Of a stretch of 64,000 nucleotides of DNA, positions 37,244 to 47,582 are shown piece after piece; position 1 is the stretch's first letter, and every line of letters starts with the position of its first letter. Location of the stretch: the NCBI GenBank assembly GCA_963837465.1, contig CAWINB010000004.1, positions 586,853-650,852 on the forward strand, given 5' to 3'. The notes beneath the pieces were generated by a model. The model ran no database searches. It saw only the letters and a program-made list of their open reading frames with translations, and was not told where the DNA came from. The DNA is from Candidatus Doudnabacteria bacterium (GTDB lineage Bacteria; Patescibacteriota; Doudnabacteria; UBA920). A program made the translations under genes and the position numbers.

Positions 37244-39076
37244 ATGTTCCCCTACCTAAAATTCCTATCCAAATACTGGCAGGGTGAGCGCGGCAAGATC
37301 GCGCTGATTTTTATTTTTGTGATTATCAGCCAGTCGCTGTCTTTGCTGGAGCCGTTTTTCTTTGCCACAATAATCAGCAAATATTTGGGGATGCCGCAAA
37401 GCTTTGCCAATTCAGGCGTATTTTTTCATAGTTTAACCAAAATTGTTCTGGTCTGGGTGGCGGTGGCTTTTGGCGCGCGGACTTTTAAGAATTTGCAGAC
37501 TTATTACGTCAACACCGTGGCCGACAGGATTGGCATAAGGGTGCTGGAAAACGCCTACAACCACGTTTTGGCTTTGCCGATGTCTTACCACAGCCAGCAA
37601 AAGGGCGGCGAACTTTTCCGCAAACTAAGCAAAGCGCGGGACGACGTGACCACGCTGTTTATGACTTTGTTTGACAAGGTTTTCCAAAACGGCTTTTCCA
37701 TTTTGGTGGTATTCATTATCGTTTTTTGGAAAGCCTGGAGGATTGGCATTGTGCTGTTCGGTTTTATCCCGCTGTTCTTTTTTGTCAGCTGGCTGTTTAC
37801 CAGGAAGATTAAAAAGACCCAGGTGGAAATTAATAAAATCAACGAAAATCTTTTCGGCTCCAGTTTTGAGGCCATCACCCACGTGGAACTGGTTAAGGCT
37901 TTTTCTTCCGAGGAAAAAGAAAAAGAAAATTTGCAGCACGACAACCAGCTGCAGCATGCGCGCTTAAAGAAAAAAACCATGGCTTACCAGGGGCTTGGGT
38001 TCGCGCAGGGGACCGTGGTAAATTTGGCTCGCGTGGTTTTGCTGTGGTGGGGCGCGGTGCTGGCTTACCGCAACCTGCTTTCTTTTGCCAATGTTATTTT
38101 GTTTAATTTTTACTCCTTCGCGGTTTACCAGCCGCTTTACGATTTGGGGGATATTTATACCAAGTACACAGAAGGCATTGCCGCTGTTGACCGTTTGCAG
38201 AGCGTTTTGGATGAGCCGATAACCATTAAAAATTCCCCGGGCGCTGTAATGGTGGAAAAATTAAAAGGCAAAGTGGAGTTTAGGAATGTCAGTTTTGATT
38301 ACGGGGCGCTTGTGGGAGAGGCTGACAGATCTCTTGTTTTGCCTCAAGGAGAAAGGCCGCGGCAAATTTTAAACAACGTTTCCTTTATCGTCGAGCCTGG
38401 AAAAAAACTGGCGCTGGTCGGGCAAACCGGCAGCGGCAAGTCCACCATTGTTAAACTGTTGTTGAGGTTTTACGAGCCTACGGCCGGGGAAATATTGATT
38501 GATGACAGGCCGATTCACAGCTATGATATGGAAAGCCTGCGCCGACGGATTGGCCTTGTTCTGCAGGATAACGTCTTATTTAACAGCAGTATCGCGGAAA
38601 ATATCCGCTATGGCACATTTGAGGCGCCGGAAAAAATGGTGGAGGACGCGGCTCAGCGCGCCAGTTTGCAGCCGTTTTTGGCTAAGCTATCGGACGGCCT
38701 GTTTACTAAAGTCGGCGAGCGTGGTTTAATGGTTTCAGGCGGGGAGAAGCAGCGCATTGCCATTGCCCGTTCCATAATCAAGCATCCGGATATTTTAATT
38801 TTTGACGAGGCAACTTCGGCCTTAGACAGCCATACCGAAGAAGCCATCCGTAAATCCATCCTGGAGGTTTCCAAAGGCGTAACCTCCATAACCGTAGCTC
38901 ACCGTTTTGCCACAGTAGTGGACAGCGACGAAATCATCCTCCTGGTTAACGGCTCCATCTACGAACGCGGCACCCACTCCCAACTGCTTACCAAAAAAGG
39001 CGAATACGCCAGAATTTACAACCTCCAAACCCAGCGCCGCCAGGCCGCGCAGGAACTTTCCGAGGAGTTTGAGTAA
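37244..39076 (+). CDS. ABC exporter, fused permease/ATPase
   Basis: 6-TM domain; GQTGSGKST, VSGGEKQR, ILIFDEATSALD, AHR. Confidence 0.93.
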   Translation: MFPYLKFLSKYWQGERGKIALIFIFVIISQSLSLLEPFFFATIISKYLGMPQSFANSGVFFHSLTKIVLVWVAVAFGARTFKNLQTYYVNTVADRIGIRVLENAYNHVLALPMSYHSQQKGGELFRKLSKARDDVTTLFMTLFDKVFQNGFSILVVFIIVFWKAWRIGIVLFGFIPLFFFVSWLFTRKIKKTQVEINKINENLFGSSFEAITHVELVKAFSSEEKEKENLQHDNQLQHARLKKKTMAYQGLGFAQGTVVNLARVVLLWWGAVLAYRNLLSFANVILFNFYSFAVYQPLYDLGDIYTKYTEGIAAVDRLQSVLDEPITIKNSPGAVMVEKLKGKVEFRNVSFDYGALVGEADRSLVLPQGERPRQILNNVSFIVEPGKKLALVGQTGSGKSTIVKLLLRFYEPTAGEILIDDRPIHSYDMESLRRRIGLVLQDNVLFNSSIAENIRYGTFEAPEKMVEDAAQRASLQPFLAKLSDGLFTKVGERGLMVSGGEKQRIAIARSIIKHPDILIFDEATSALDSHTEEAIRKSILEVSKGVTSITVAHRFATVVDSDEIILLVNGSIYERGTHSQLLTKKGEYARIYNLQTQRRQAAQELSEEFE

Positions 39077-39098
39077 CATCTTAAAAGGATAACCTGAT

Positions 39099-39863
39099 AT
39101 GCCAGAATTTTCAACCAACCAGATAGAGGGCCAGTCTGTTAACCCTTATCGAAGAGAGAAGCATGAAGTATTGCCAGAAATCAAAGAAAAAGCATTGGCA
39201 GAATATAAGAAAAAAAAGAATTCGCTGATTATTGCTGCGATTAAGAAACACATTGAAGCTGTTTCTTCTCGCGCTATAAGAGTTGGGAGCGCCGTTTTGG
39301 CTTACAACTCCAGGATGAAAGATGGTTACGATGTCCGAGCGGATCATAATTTTAAGCCCTGGAAACACCATCAGCAGCAATGGGATAAATTGTGTGCCGA
39401 AAACAACGCCTGTTCAATGGCTATTGTCAACGGAGCCGATTATATTTCGGCTATTGTGGTGACCAGTCACCATAAAGAGGTTGGGAAAGAGACGGAAGAT
39501 GCTACTCATAGCGACAAAGCCCTGCATTCCTGTCTTAACTGCCGAAACCTTTATAGGGAGCTTATTGAGCAAGGTATAATGAGCGATGAAACTGTTGTTT
39601 TATTCGTGGACGATGGTCCCTTGTTATATGAAGATGCTCAAGACACGGATCCGTTTATTGTAGACACTTTTTCAGGGCCGGTTAAAGTAAACCACCCACG
39701 GCTTAAATTATTAAAGAGAGAAATTACAGAAAATGATGTTACCGATTTACCCCAGGAAGAAATGACAATGAAGAAATTTTTGAACTTAGAAATATATCAA
39801 ACTGACCCCAAATCCGAGCCGGGAAAAACACCCCCTCCGTATTATCACGTTTTGCCCGGATAG
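39099..39863 (+). CDS. Divergent cytidine-deaminase-fold protein
   Basis: RVGSAVLA, LCAENNA and HSCLNCR resemble the CDA zinc motifs (CAE...PCxxC). Confidence 0.55.
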   Translation: MPEFSTNQIEGQSVNPYRREKHEVLPEIKEKALAEYKKKKNSLIIAAIKKHIEAVSSRAIRVGSAVLAYNSRMKDGYDVRADHNFKPWKHHQQQWDKLCAENNACSMAIVNGADYISAIVVTSHHKEVGKETEDATHSDKALHSCLNCRNLYRELIEQGIMSDETVVLFVDDGPLLYEDAQDTDPFIVDTFSGPVKVNHPRLKLLKREITENDVTDLPQEEMTMKKFLNLEIYQTDPKSEPGKTPPPYYHVLPG

Positions 39864-39866
39864 TTT

Positions 39867-40541
39867 TTACCCCAACAAGCTCCTCAAGTTTTCAATTATC
39901 TCCTCCGTGACTTCCCATTCGTAAATATCGGCGTTGGCTACGTCTTTGCCCAGGTCTTGGTGGTCGCGGTAGACGCGGGGGATTTCGGGGAAGTGGAACA
40001 GGAGCAGGCGGATAATGCCGTCGTGGGTGACTATGCCTATATTTTTGTCCCGGTAGTTTTGGGCAATGTCCAAAATGGCGCCTATGGCCCGTTTCCTTAC
40101 ATCCGCCACGTTCTCAGCCCCGAACGGACGGTAGTCGTAGGTCTGCATTTGCTCTTTTTCATCGCCGTCCGGAACGAGCTTGATAAATTCTTCCTGCGAT
40201 TTGCCGGTTAAGGAGCCAAAGTCCCGCTCGCGCAGGCGCGAATCGTGAATGATGGGAATTGCCTTGGGCAAGTGGGCGCCAATTAAAACCGCGGTTTCCT
40301 CGGCCCGGTGCAGATACGAAGTAAATAAAATATCCAAATTCAGCAAGCTGATGAATTCGGATATTTTTTCTATCTGCAAAACTCCCTGGCCGTCCAGGTA
40401 ATCGTCAATTTGTATGCCTTGGTGGATATGCTGCTTATTACTGGGGGTTTGCCCGTGGCGGATAAAATAAAGCGTGGTTGGATTTTGATTTGCGCGCTTT
40501 AATTTTATTCCTGATGGTTCGTTCCGCGGTGCGTTATTCAT
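39867..40541 (-). CDS. Histidine phosphatase (phosphoglycerate mutase family)
   Basis: YFIRHGQT, RAEETA, LRERDFG, IVTHDG. Confidence 0.92.
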   Translation of the reverse strand: MNNAPRNEPSGIKLKRANQNPTTLYFIRHGQTPSNKQHIHQGIQIDDYLDGQGVLQIEKISEFISLLNLDILFTSYLHRAEETAVLIGAHLPKAIPIIHDSRLRERDFGSLTGKSQEEFIKLVPDGDEKEQMQTYDYRPFGAENVADVRKRAIGAILDIAQNYRDKNIGIVTHDGIIRLLLFHFPEIPRVYRDHQDLGKDVANADIYEWEVTEEIIENLRSLLG

Positions 40542-40607
40542 ATTTTAAATAGCGGCAATCGTCCGCAAAATGAACGTTAAAATTATGGCGCGGGAGCCGT
40601 TATAAAA

Positions 40608-40988
40608 TTATTTCGCGGCCCTTTTTTTGGCCGGCCCTTTTTTTGGCGCCACGACTTCGGCCGCGTGTTTGGCAATGCTTTCCCAGTGCTGTTTCAGCTC
40701 GGCGCCAAAAGCCATTACCTCTTTGGGGTCAATATTTTTGGCCTGCTTGTATTTGGCCATCACCTCTTTGGCCGCCTGCTGGTAAGCTTTTTCGCTAAAA
40801 TTTTTCATATCCTGAATTTTGGCCACCATATCTTTTTTGGCGCTTTCCGTCCAGGCTCTGGCCTTTTTGAGGTTTTTTTTGCCTTCGGCGCTTGAAAAAT
40901 AATAAGTCGCCGCCGCCGCGGCCGCCAATGCCGCTACACCCAAACCCCGCGTTATTTTGGTGGATGCTGATGATGTTTTTTTCCGCAT
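40608..40988 (-). CDS. Hypothetical Lys/Ala-rich protein (YtxH-like)
   Basis: Ala-rich N-terminal anchor followed by amphipathic helices. Confidence 0.7.
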   Translation of the reverse strand: MRKKTSSASTKITRGLGVAALAAAAAATYYFSSAEGKKNLKKARAWTESAKKDMVAKIQDMKNFSEKAYQQAAKEVMAKYKQAKNIDPKEVMAFGAELKQHWESIAKHAAEVVAPKKGPAKKRAAK

Positions 40989-41079
40989 ATAAGTTCTCCT
41001 TAAATTTAGTTGATATTAACCGGCTTTTTGAAGCGAATACCTTTTAATTAATATTTTTTTAATAAATGGCAAGTCAAAA

Positions 41080-41343
41080 TTATTTCTTTTCTTTTTTACG
41101 CGAGGAGTTAAAAAAGCTCCAGAAAAATTTAAATTTCGCCCCTTTGTCTTTAATGTTGGTACGCAACTCGGACAAATCCTGGGATATCAAATCGGCCTCA
41201 TTTTTGGCTTTTTTGGAAATATACCTAATATCCCGCGAGATTTTAATAATGTAGACAATAAGTATTGCCAGCAAAAGAGTCAGGACAATTACCGCTATGG
41301 TGGTGACAAAAAAGAATACATCTTGCTTGTAGAATGGATCCAT
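41080..41343 (-). CDS. Hypothetical single-TM protein
   Basis: DVFFFVTTIAV TM followed by coiled coil. Confidence 0.7.
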   Translation of the reverse strand: MDPFYKQDVFFFVTTIAVIVLTLLLAILIVYIIKISRDIRYISKKAKNEADLISQDLSELRTNIKDKGAKFKFFWSFFNSSRKKEKK

Positions 41344-41366
41344 ATATCTATTATACCACACAATAA

Positions 41367-41921
41367 TTAAATCTGCGGCGCGTTTTTGTACCTACTGAAC
41401 AATTCCTCCAAAATACCCTGGTATTGCTGCCGGGTATTTTGGTCGTAGCCGACTTCCAAAACTTCGTCGTTTAAATTGGTGGCGCTGGAAGTCCAGTTGT
41501 AGCTGCCGCTTAAATATTGCTTGTCCGTGACCAGCGCCTTCATATGCATAATTCCCTGGCTGTCCTGTTCGTATACCGGAATGCCAGCTTTGCGCAAAGC
41601 GTTGATAAGATCCTTTTGCCCGGCCGCCGACTCATACTGGTCGCGGTCGGTAATGCCAACTACGGTTAACCCGCGGTACTTGGCGGCCAGCAAAGCGTCT
41701 TCTATATCTTTGCGGGTAAAAGTATAAACCGCGAAATAAACGAACTTGTCGGCGTTTTCCACGGCGCCGATAACTTCCTCGTTCAGCGGATGGTCTTGGT
41801 TATAGTACACTTTAACCTGGCTTCGCGGTTGATAACGGTAGGAATAGTAAAATTGGGCTGATAAGCCGAGCAGCAAAATAATTACGCCTGTGTAAATCAG
41901 TTCTTTTTTGTTTTTCATCAT
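41367..41921 (-). CDS. Membrane-anchored phospholipase D-like (Nuc-type) protein
   Basis: Single HxKxxxxD motif (HMKALVTD) plus SGSYNWT..A...NDE. Confidence 0.88.
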   Translation of the reverse strand: MMKNKKELIYTGVIILLLGLSAQFYYSYRYQPRSQVKVYYNQDHPLNEEVIGAVENADKFVYFAVYTFTRKDIEDALLAAKYRGLTVVGITDRDQYESAAGQKDLINALRKAGIPVYEQDSQGIMHMKALVTDKQYLSGSYNWTSSATNLNDEVLEVGYDQNTRQQYQGILEELFSRYKNAPQI

Positions 41922-41971
41922 CGTTTTGATATTCAAATATTTGATGGATATTTCGAGCTGCCAATTTCCCA

Positions 41972-42132
41972 AGAGCCTGTTTAAAAATTCATTTTGGCCG
42001 CAATTTCAGGAATCCGGCCGCGAAAGCTTCATAAAAATTCACCGATACTTTGGCATCGCTTCATTTTCCTTCAGCTTTTTCGCTCGGATTCCTGAAATTT
42101 CGCTTCAAAAGCAATTTATTAAACAGGCTCTA
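41972..42132. mobile_element. About 160-bp MITE with AGAGCCTGTTTAA terminal inverted repeats
   Basis: 13-bp perfect TIR; non-coding; related copy at 52545-52707; right end overlaps the smpB TAG. Confidence 0.75.
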
Positions 42133-42564
42133 ATACCCCAATTTCCTAATGTCCTTCATATCTTCCCTCTTCTTTATGTAATCCCGTTTGTCCGTCTTCT
42201 TCCGCGCTTTGCCCAACCCAACCCTGATTTTTAAAAGTCCGCGCGCGCCCTGGAAAATTTCCAGCGGGATAATTGTTAATCCTTTTTCCTTGCCCAGCAG
42301 CTGGTTTATTTCGTTTTTATTCAAAAGCAGGCGGCGGCTTTGGGTGGGTTCGTATTTTTCCTGGCGCGCGTATTTGTAAGGGCCGATGTGGCAGTTAATC
42401 AAACTGGCGCCGCCGGTGTTAACGCTTACGTAAGCGCCGGCCAGCGAAACATTGCCGCCCTTTACGCTTTTGACCTCCGGTCCGCTCAATACCAAACCCG
42501 CCACGAAACTGCTTTTAATATCGTAGTCAAATCCCGCTCTTCTGTTTTCCGCCAAAATTTTCAT
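42130..42564 (-). CDS. smpB: SsrA-binding protein
   Basis: NRRAGFDY, AGLVLSGPEVKSVK, RRLLLNKNEI, GKARKKTDKR. Confidence 0.96.
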   Translation of the reverse strand: MKILAENRRAGFDYDIKSSFVAGLVLSGPEVKSVKGGNVSLAGAYVSVNTGGASLINCHIGPYKYARQEKYEPTQSRRLLLNKNEINQLLGKEKGLTIIPLEIFQGARGLLKIRVGLGKARKKTDKRDYIKKREDMKDIRKLGY

Positions 42565-42704
42565 AATTTTATCCCTTACTCCTCTTATTCTAGCACTTTT
42601 TTAAACATAAGTCAGGACTCGCTTATCGGATTATTTAATTTGCCGCGTATTTTTCAATGAAACATTAGGCGATGGCTATTTTTATGTTACAATAAACACA
42701 GCTT

Positions 42705-44471
42705 ATGAATAGTGAAACAATGACAATCCATCCTAAAAAATATCTTTACCGGATGCTTTCCGATGTCGCCGGATTATTGTACTCGGAGCAAAAAACGCGA
42801 GTTCTGCCTGCCGTAGAAATCAGCGTGCCGGAAAGCAGGTTTGGGGATTATTCCAGCAATTTAGCCTTGCGTCTGGCCCGGAGCATGAAGCTTAACCCCA
42901 AAGATGTGGCGGAAAAATTGGCCTCGCGCCTTAAGGAACTGGATACGCGCGGGATCTTTGAATCCGTAGAACCTGTCGGCGGTTTTTTGAATTTTAAATT
43001 GTCGGCCGATTGTCTGCTGCAAAATCTGGAAACAATTTTACGGCAGGGAGATTTGTACGGATGTTCTTTGGAGGGCGAAGGCAAAACTGTTGTTGTGGAA
43101 TATTTCCAGAATAACGTGGCCAAGCCGCCGCACGTGGGGCATTTGCGCTCGGCCGTGATAGGCGATTGTTTATTGCGCGTTTTAAAATCACAAGGCTACA
43201 AAACCGTGAGCGACACCCATATTGGCGACTGGGGCGTGCAGTTCGGGATTTTAATTTACGCTTTTAAAACTTTTGGCGACCGCGCGGTGGTGGAAAAGGA
43301 TCCCATTAACCAACTTAATAAATTATATGTGGAAATGTCGGCAAAAATAGAGGCCGATGCGTCTTTAAGGGATAAAGGCAAAGAAGAATTTATCAAGCTG
43401 GAAAAAGGCGATACGGAAAATCGGGAATTGTGGCAGTGGTTTGTCAGGGTTTCCCTGGAAGACTTTGAAAAGTACCGGGATCTTTTGGATGTCCAGCCGT
43501 TTGACCACAACCTGGGCGAAAGTTTTTACGAAGACAAAATGCCGGCCGTGCTGGAAGAATTAAAATCCAAAAAATTGGTAATGGTCGGGGAAACAGGGGA
43601 GCAGTATGTAGACCTTGAACAGTATGATTTAGGCCGGTGTATTTTGGTTAAAAGCGATGGCGGCACCACTTACCACCTGCGGGATTTTGCTACTTACATA
43701 TACAGAAAAAAACAATTCAATTTTTACAAGAATATTTATGAAGTCGATAACAGGCAAGCACATCATTTTAAACAACTGTTTAAAACTTTGGAGCTCGCGG
43801 GTTATCCGGCCGAAAGCGACAGTGCGCATGTTGAGCACGGCTTTATGAGTTTGCCTGAGGGCGCTGTTTCCAGCAGAAAAGGCAATACAATCAGTTTACA
43901 AAATTTGCTTTCGGAAGCCGGAGGCCGCGCGCTTAAAATTATAAACGATAAAAACCCGGAACTGGCAAATAAGGAAGCTGTTTCTAAGCTAGTTGCTTTG
44001 GCGGCAATTAAATATTTTGATTTGTCCCACAACCGCAAAACGGAAATTGTTTTTACCTGGGACATCGCGCTAAGCTTCGAAGGCAATACCGGGCCTTATT
44101 TGCAATACACGTACGCAAGAATTCAAGGTATATTAAGAAAGAATGGCAGTGTAGTCAGCCCATTTATGGGCTCAAACAAAACAGCCGATAAATCGGCTAA
44201 CTACAATCCCCACGAAACCGCCGTCCTCCGCAAGCTCGTCCAATTCCCGCAAATTGTTTCCCAAGTTACGGTTGATTTTTTACCCAATCTTTTATGCAAT
44301 TATTTATTTGAACTGTCACAGTCATTTAATAGTTTTTATCAAGAAGTGCCGGTTCTTGCAGAAAAAGACCAAGCATTAAAATCATTCCGCCTAAACCTAA
44401 TCACAGCCGCGGCGCAGGTTATAAGCAACGGTTTATATTTATTGGGCATCGAGGCCCCGGAAGAAATGTAA
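42705..44471 (+). CDS. argS: Arginine--tRNA ligase
   Basis: FGDYSSN, NVAKPPHVGHLRS, HIGDWG, SSRKG, GPYLQYTYAR, GIEAPEEM. Confidence 0.97.
   Translation: MNSETMTIHPKKYLYRMLSDVAGLLYSEQKTRVLPAVEISVPESRFGDYSSNLALRLARSMKLNPKDVAEKLASRLKELDTRGIFESVEPVGGFLNFKLSADCLLQNLETILRQGDLYGCSLEGEGKTVVVEYFQNNVAKPPHVGHLRSAVIGDCLLRVLKSQGYKTVSDTHIGDWGVQFGILIYAFKTFGDRAVVEKDPINQLNKLYVEMSAKIEADASLRDKGKEEFIKLEKGDTENRELWQWFVRVSLEDFEKYRDLLDVQPFDHNLGESFYEDKMPAVLEELKSKKLVMVGETGEQYVDLEQYDLGRCILVKSDGGTTYHLRDFATYIYRKKQFNFYKNIYEVDNRQAHHFKQLFKTLELAGYPAESDSAHVEHGFMSLPEGAVSSRKGNTISLQNLLSEAGGRALKIINDKNPELANKEAVSKLVALAAIKYFDLSHNRKTEIVFTWDIALSFEGNTGPYLQYTYARIQGILRKNGSVVSPFMGSNKTADKSANYNPHETAVLRKLVQFPQIVSQVTVDFLPNLLCNYLFELSQSFNSFYQEVPVLAEKDQALKSFRLNLITAAAQVISNGLYLLGIEAPEEM
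44151..44204. repeat. GTAG-type REP doublet in frame inside argS
   Basis: GTAGTCAGCCCATTTATGGGCT...AGCCGATAAATCGGCTAACTAC; 54 bp = 18 codons. Confidence 0.82.
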
Positions 44472-44531
44472 TCCACATACGCGCAGATTGAGGCAGGTTG
44501 CGCAAATAAAAAGAATTAAGAATTTACAATT

Positions 44532-47500
44532 ATGCCAGAAGAAAAACCACAACAATCGGGGGCTCCAAATTTTAACGATTTGGAGCAGAATATTTTAAAG
44601 TTTTGGGATGAGGGGAATATTTTCCAAAAATCTTTGGAGGCTACTAAAAACGGCGAGCCTTATATTTTTTATGATGGGCCGCCTTTTGCCACGGGACTGC
44701 CGCATTATGGGAGTATTTTGCCATCTGTCATCAAAGACGCCATCCCAAGATATCAAACCATGAAAGGTAGATACGTCCGCCGTAGGTGGGGCTGGGATTG
44801 CCACGGTTTGCCCATAGAAAATATTGTGGAGCGGAAGCTGAAAATTTCCGGCAAAAAACAGATAGAAGAATTCGGCGTGGATAAATTCAACCAGGCCTGC
44901 CGCGACAATGTTTTAAGCTACGCCGAAGAGTGGGGCAAAACCATCAACCGCATCGCGCGCTGGGTGGACTTTGATAATTCCTACAAGACCATGGACACTT
45001 CCTACCAGGAAAGTGTCTGGTGGGGATTAAAACAAATTTGGGAAAAGGGATTAATCTACGAAGATCGTAAAGTCCTTTTATATTGCTCCCGCTGCGAAAC
45101 GCCGATATCCAATTTTGAAGTCGCCATGGACAACAGCTACCGCGACATTACCGAAGAATCGGTTTACGCCAAATTTAAACTGCCCAAAGGCCAGAGAATA
45201 GTAAACGACCTGACCAACGATAAAACTTATATTTTAGCCTGGACCACCACCCCGTGGACTTTGCCGGCCAACACATCTTTAAATTTGGGGCTGGATATAA
45301 AATATATTTTGGTGGAGCAAAACGGAGAACGTTATATTCTGGCCAAAGACCGCCTGTCTGTATTAAACGGCGAATATGAAATAGTTTCGGAATTTCCGGC
45401 GCGGGCTTTAACAGGCCTGCGGTATGAGCCGCCTTATCCGGGCGTAATTCCCGACAACGGAAAAGCGCACCGGATATACATAGAGGATTTTGTCACCGTG
45501 GAAGACGGCACGGGCATAGTCCACAGCGCGGTTATGTACGGAGAAGAAGATTTTTTGGCCGCTAAAAAAAGCGGTCTGCCGCAAATTCCCAGCCTGGACC
45601 ACAAGGGCCGGTATGTCAACGAAGACCGGATGCCTCCGCGTTTGCGCGGCGTGTTTTTTAAGGACGCGGAAAAAATTATCCTTAAGGAACTGGCCGCGCG
45701 CGGGCTGGTTTATAAAACGGAAAATTATACCCACAGCTACCCGCATTGCTACCGCTGCGGCACGCCTTTGTTTTACAACGCTTTGCCTGCCTGGTTTATT
45801 AACATCCAAAAAATCAAACCTCAGCTGCTAAACAACAACGAGGCCGTTAACTGGTACCCGGAGCACTTAAAGCACGGGAGGTTTAAGCAGGGAGTGGAGA
45901 ACGCGCCGGACTGGAACATTTCCCGCGACCGCTACTGGGCCACGGCTCTGCCGTTTTGGAAGTGCGAAAATTTGGGATGTCGCCAGGTTGTATGTATGGG
46001 GTCTGTAAAAGATTTACGGAATTTTTCCGTAAATTTTGACGAAGTCTATCCCAAATTTAAAGATGATATTTCCAGTCTTGAGCAGATTGATCTGCATAAG
46101 CCATATATCGATCAAATTAAATTAAAATGCGAAAAATGCGCCGGCCAAATGTCGCGCGTGCCGGAAGTCGTGGACTGCTGGGTGGAGAGCGGCAGCATGC
46201 CATTTTCGGAATTGCATTATCCGTTTGAGAATAATCAGCGGACAGCAATCAGCGGACAGCAATCAGCGGACAGCAATCAGCAAGTACAAGTAGTAGGTGC
46301 CGAGAGTTTCCAGAAGCGTTTTCCGGCCGATTTTGTGGTGGAATATATTCCGCAGACCCGCGCCTGGTTTTACGTTACGCATGTCATCAGCAGCATACTG
46401 TTCGGCCGCACGCCGTTTAAAAATGTGGTTACTACCGGCACCATTTTGGCCGAAGACGGCAGCAAGATGAGCAAATCCAAAAATAATTATCCGGACCCGA
46501 ACCTGGTCATTCAAAAATACGGTGCCGATGCTTTGCGCTTTTACCTGCTGACCAGCCCGGTGGTCGCCGGCGAAGACCTGAATTTCTCCGAAAAAGGCGT
46601 GGCCGAAGTTGGCCGCAAAGTCAACATGCTGCTTTACAATGTCTGGAGTTTTTCGCGCCTTTACACCCAGGAAAAATTCAGCGGACAACTTCCGGCTTCG
46701 GAAAATATTCTGGACCAGTGGGTTATTTCCCGGCTGTCCCAGGTCCACAAGCAGGTAACCGGTTATTTGGATGTTTACGATACCGCGCGGGCCGGAAAAA
46801 CCGTCTCCTTTTTTACAGACGAGCTCTCCACTTGGTATTTGCGCCGCAGCCGCGACCGCATAAAAAACGGCGGCGACAGCGCCAAAACCGCGCTGGCGAC
46901 TTTGGCTTTCGTATTAGTGGAGCTTTCCAAAATGCTGGCGCCGTTTATGCCGTTTTTGTCGGAATTTATTTATCGCGATTTGACGGGCCAGGAATCTGTG
47001 CATTTAACCTCCTGGACCGAAGAGATTCCCGGTGACGATGAATCTATCAGGCAGAAAATGCATTTCGTTAAAGAACTTGTGGAAACCGGTTTGTCTTTGC
47101 GCAAAGAAAGCAACTTAAAAGTCCGCCAGCCTTTGGCCGAGGTGGAATACCATATACAGAACAAAGAATATGATTTAGGCTCGGAATTCGAGCGGCTGCT
47201 GGCTGATGAACTGAACGTAAAACTGATAAGCAAAAGGCAGGATTTCGCGGCTAAGGCCGGCTGGGCTTACCGCGAGACGCCTGGTTTTAAGCTGGCGCTG
47301 AATTTGGAATTGAACGACGAGCTTAAAGCCGAAGGGCTTTCGCGCGAGCTTGAGCGGGCGGTGCAGGATTTGCGCAAAAAAAGCGGGCTTAAAGTCGGAG
47401 AGCTGGTGGATGTTTATTACAATACCCAGGACGAACAGCTGGAAGAAGTGCTGCTGAAACTGTTTGACCGCAAAAAAACTTTTGTCAGCCAAATAAGTAA

Positions 47501-47582
47501 AAGTCTGGAAGTGGAAGTGGATTTTGAGGCGCAGACGGAAGTGGAAGGAAAAGCGGTGTGGATTGGAATTATTAAGGTTTAG
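44532..47582 (+). CDS. ileS: Isoleucine--tRNA ligase (type 2)
   Basis: DGPPFATGLPHYG, GWDCHGLP, WTTTPWTLPAN, DWNISRDRYW, KMSKS; IleRS2-type C-terminus. Confidence 0.97.
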   Translation: MPEEKPQQSGAPNFNDLEQNILKFWDEGNIFQKSLEATKNGEPYIFYDGPPFATGLPHYGSILPSVIKDAIPRYQTMKGRYVRRRWGWDCHGLPIENIVERKLKISGKKQIEEFGVDKFNQACRDNVLSYAEEWGKTINRIARWVDFDNSYKTMDTSYQESVWWGLKQIWEKGLIYEDRKVLLYCSRCETPISNFEVAMDNSYRDITEESVYAKFKLPKGQRIVNDLTNDKTYILAWTTTPWTLPANTSLNLGLDIKYILVEQNGERYILAKDRLSVLNGEYEIVSEFPARALTGLRYEPPYPGVIPDNGKAHRIYIEDFVTVEDGTGIVHSAVMYGEEDFLAAKKSGLPQIPSLDHKGRYVNEDRMPPRLRGVFFKDAEKIILKELAARGLVYKTENYTHSYPHCYRCGTPLFYNALPAWFINIQKIKPQLLNNNEAVNWYPEHLKHGRFKQGVENAPDWNISRDRYWATALPFWKCENLGCRQVVCMGSVKDLRNFSVNFDEVYPKFKDDISSLEQIDLHKPYIDQIKLKCEKCAGQMSRVPEVVDCWVESGSMPFSELHYPFENNQRTAISGQQSADSNQQVQVVGAESFQKRFPADFVVEYIPQTRAWFYVTHVISSILFGRTPFKNVVTTGTILAEDGSKMSKSKNNYPDPNLVIQKYGADALRFYLLTSPVVAGEDLNFSEKGVAEVGRKVNMLLYNVWSFSRLYTQEKFSGQLPASENILDQWVISRLSQVHKQVTGYLDVYDTARAGKTVSFFTDELSTWYLRRSRDRIKNGGDSAKTALATLAFVLVELSKMLAPFMPFLSEFIYRDLTGQESVHLTSWTEEIPGDDESIRQKMHFVKELVETGLSLRKESNLKVRQPLAEVEYHIQNKEYDLGSEFERLLADELNVKLISKRQDFAAKAGWAYRETPGFKLALNLELNDELKAEGLSRELERAVQDLRKKSGLKVGELVDVYYNTQDEQLEEVLLKLFDRKKTFVSQISKSLEVEVDFEAQTEVEGKAVWIGIIKV
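46233..46281 (+). repeat. Tandem (AATCAGCGGACAGC)x3.5 inside ileS
   Basis: Exact 14-mer tandem, encoding NQRTAISGQQSADSNQQ. Confidence 0.9.

Noticed and set aside
38300-38360. Insert in the ABC ATPase (GALVGEADRSLVLPQGERP) as another repeat invasion
   Set aside because: The loop is longer than usual but only weakly palindromic and has no second copy in the window
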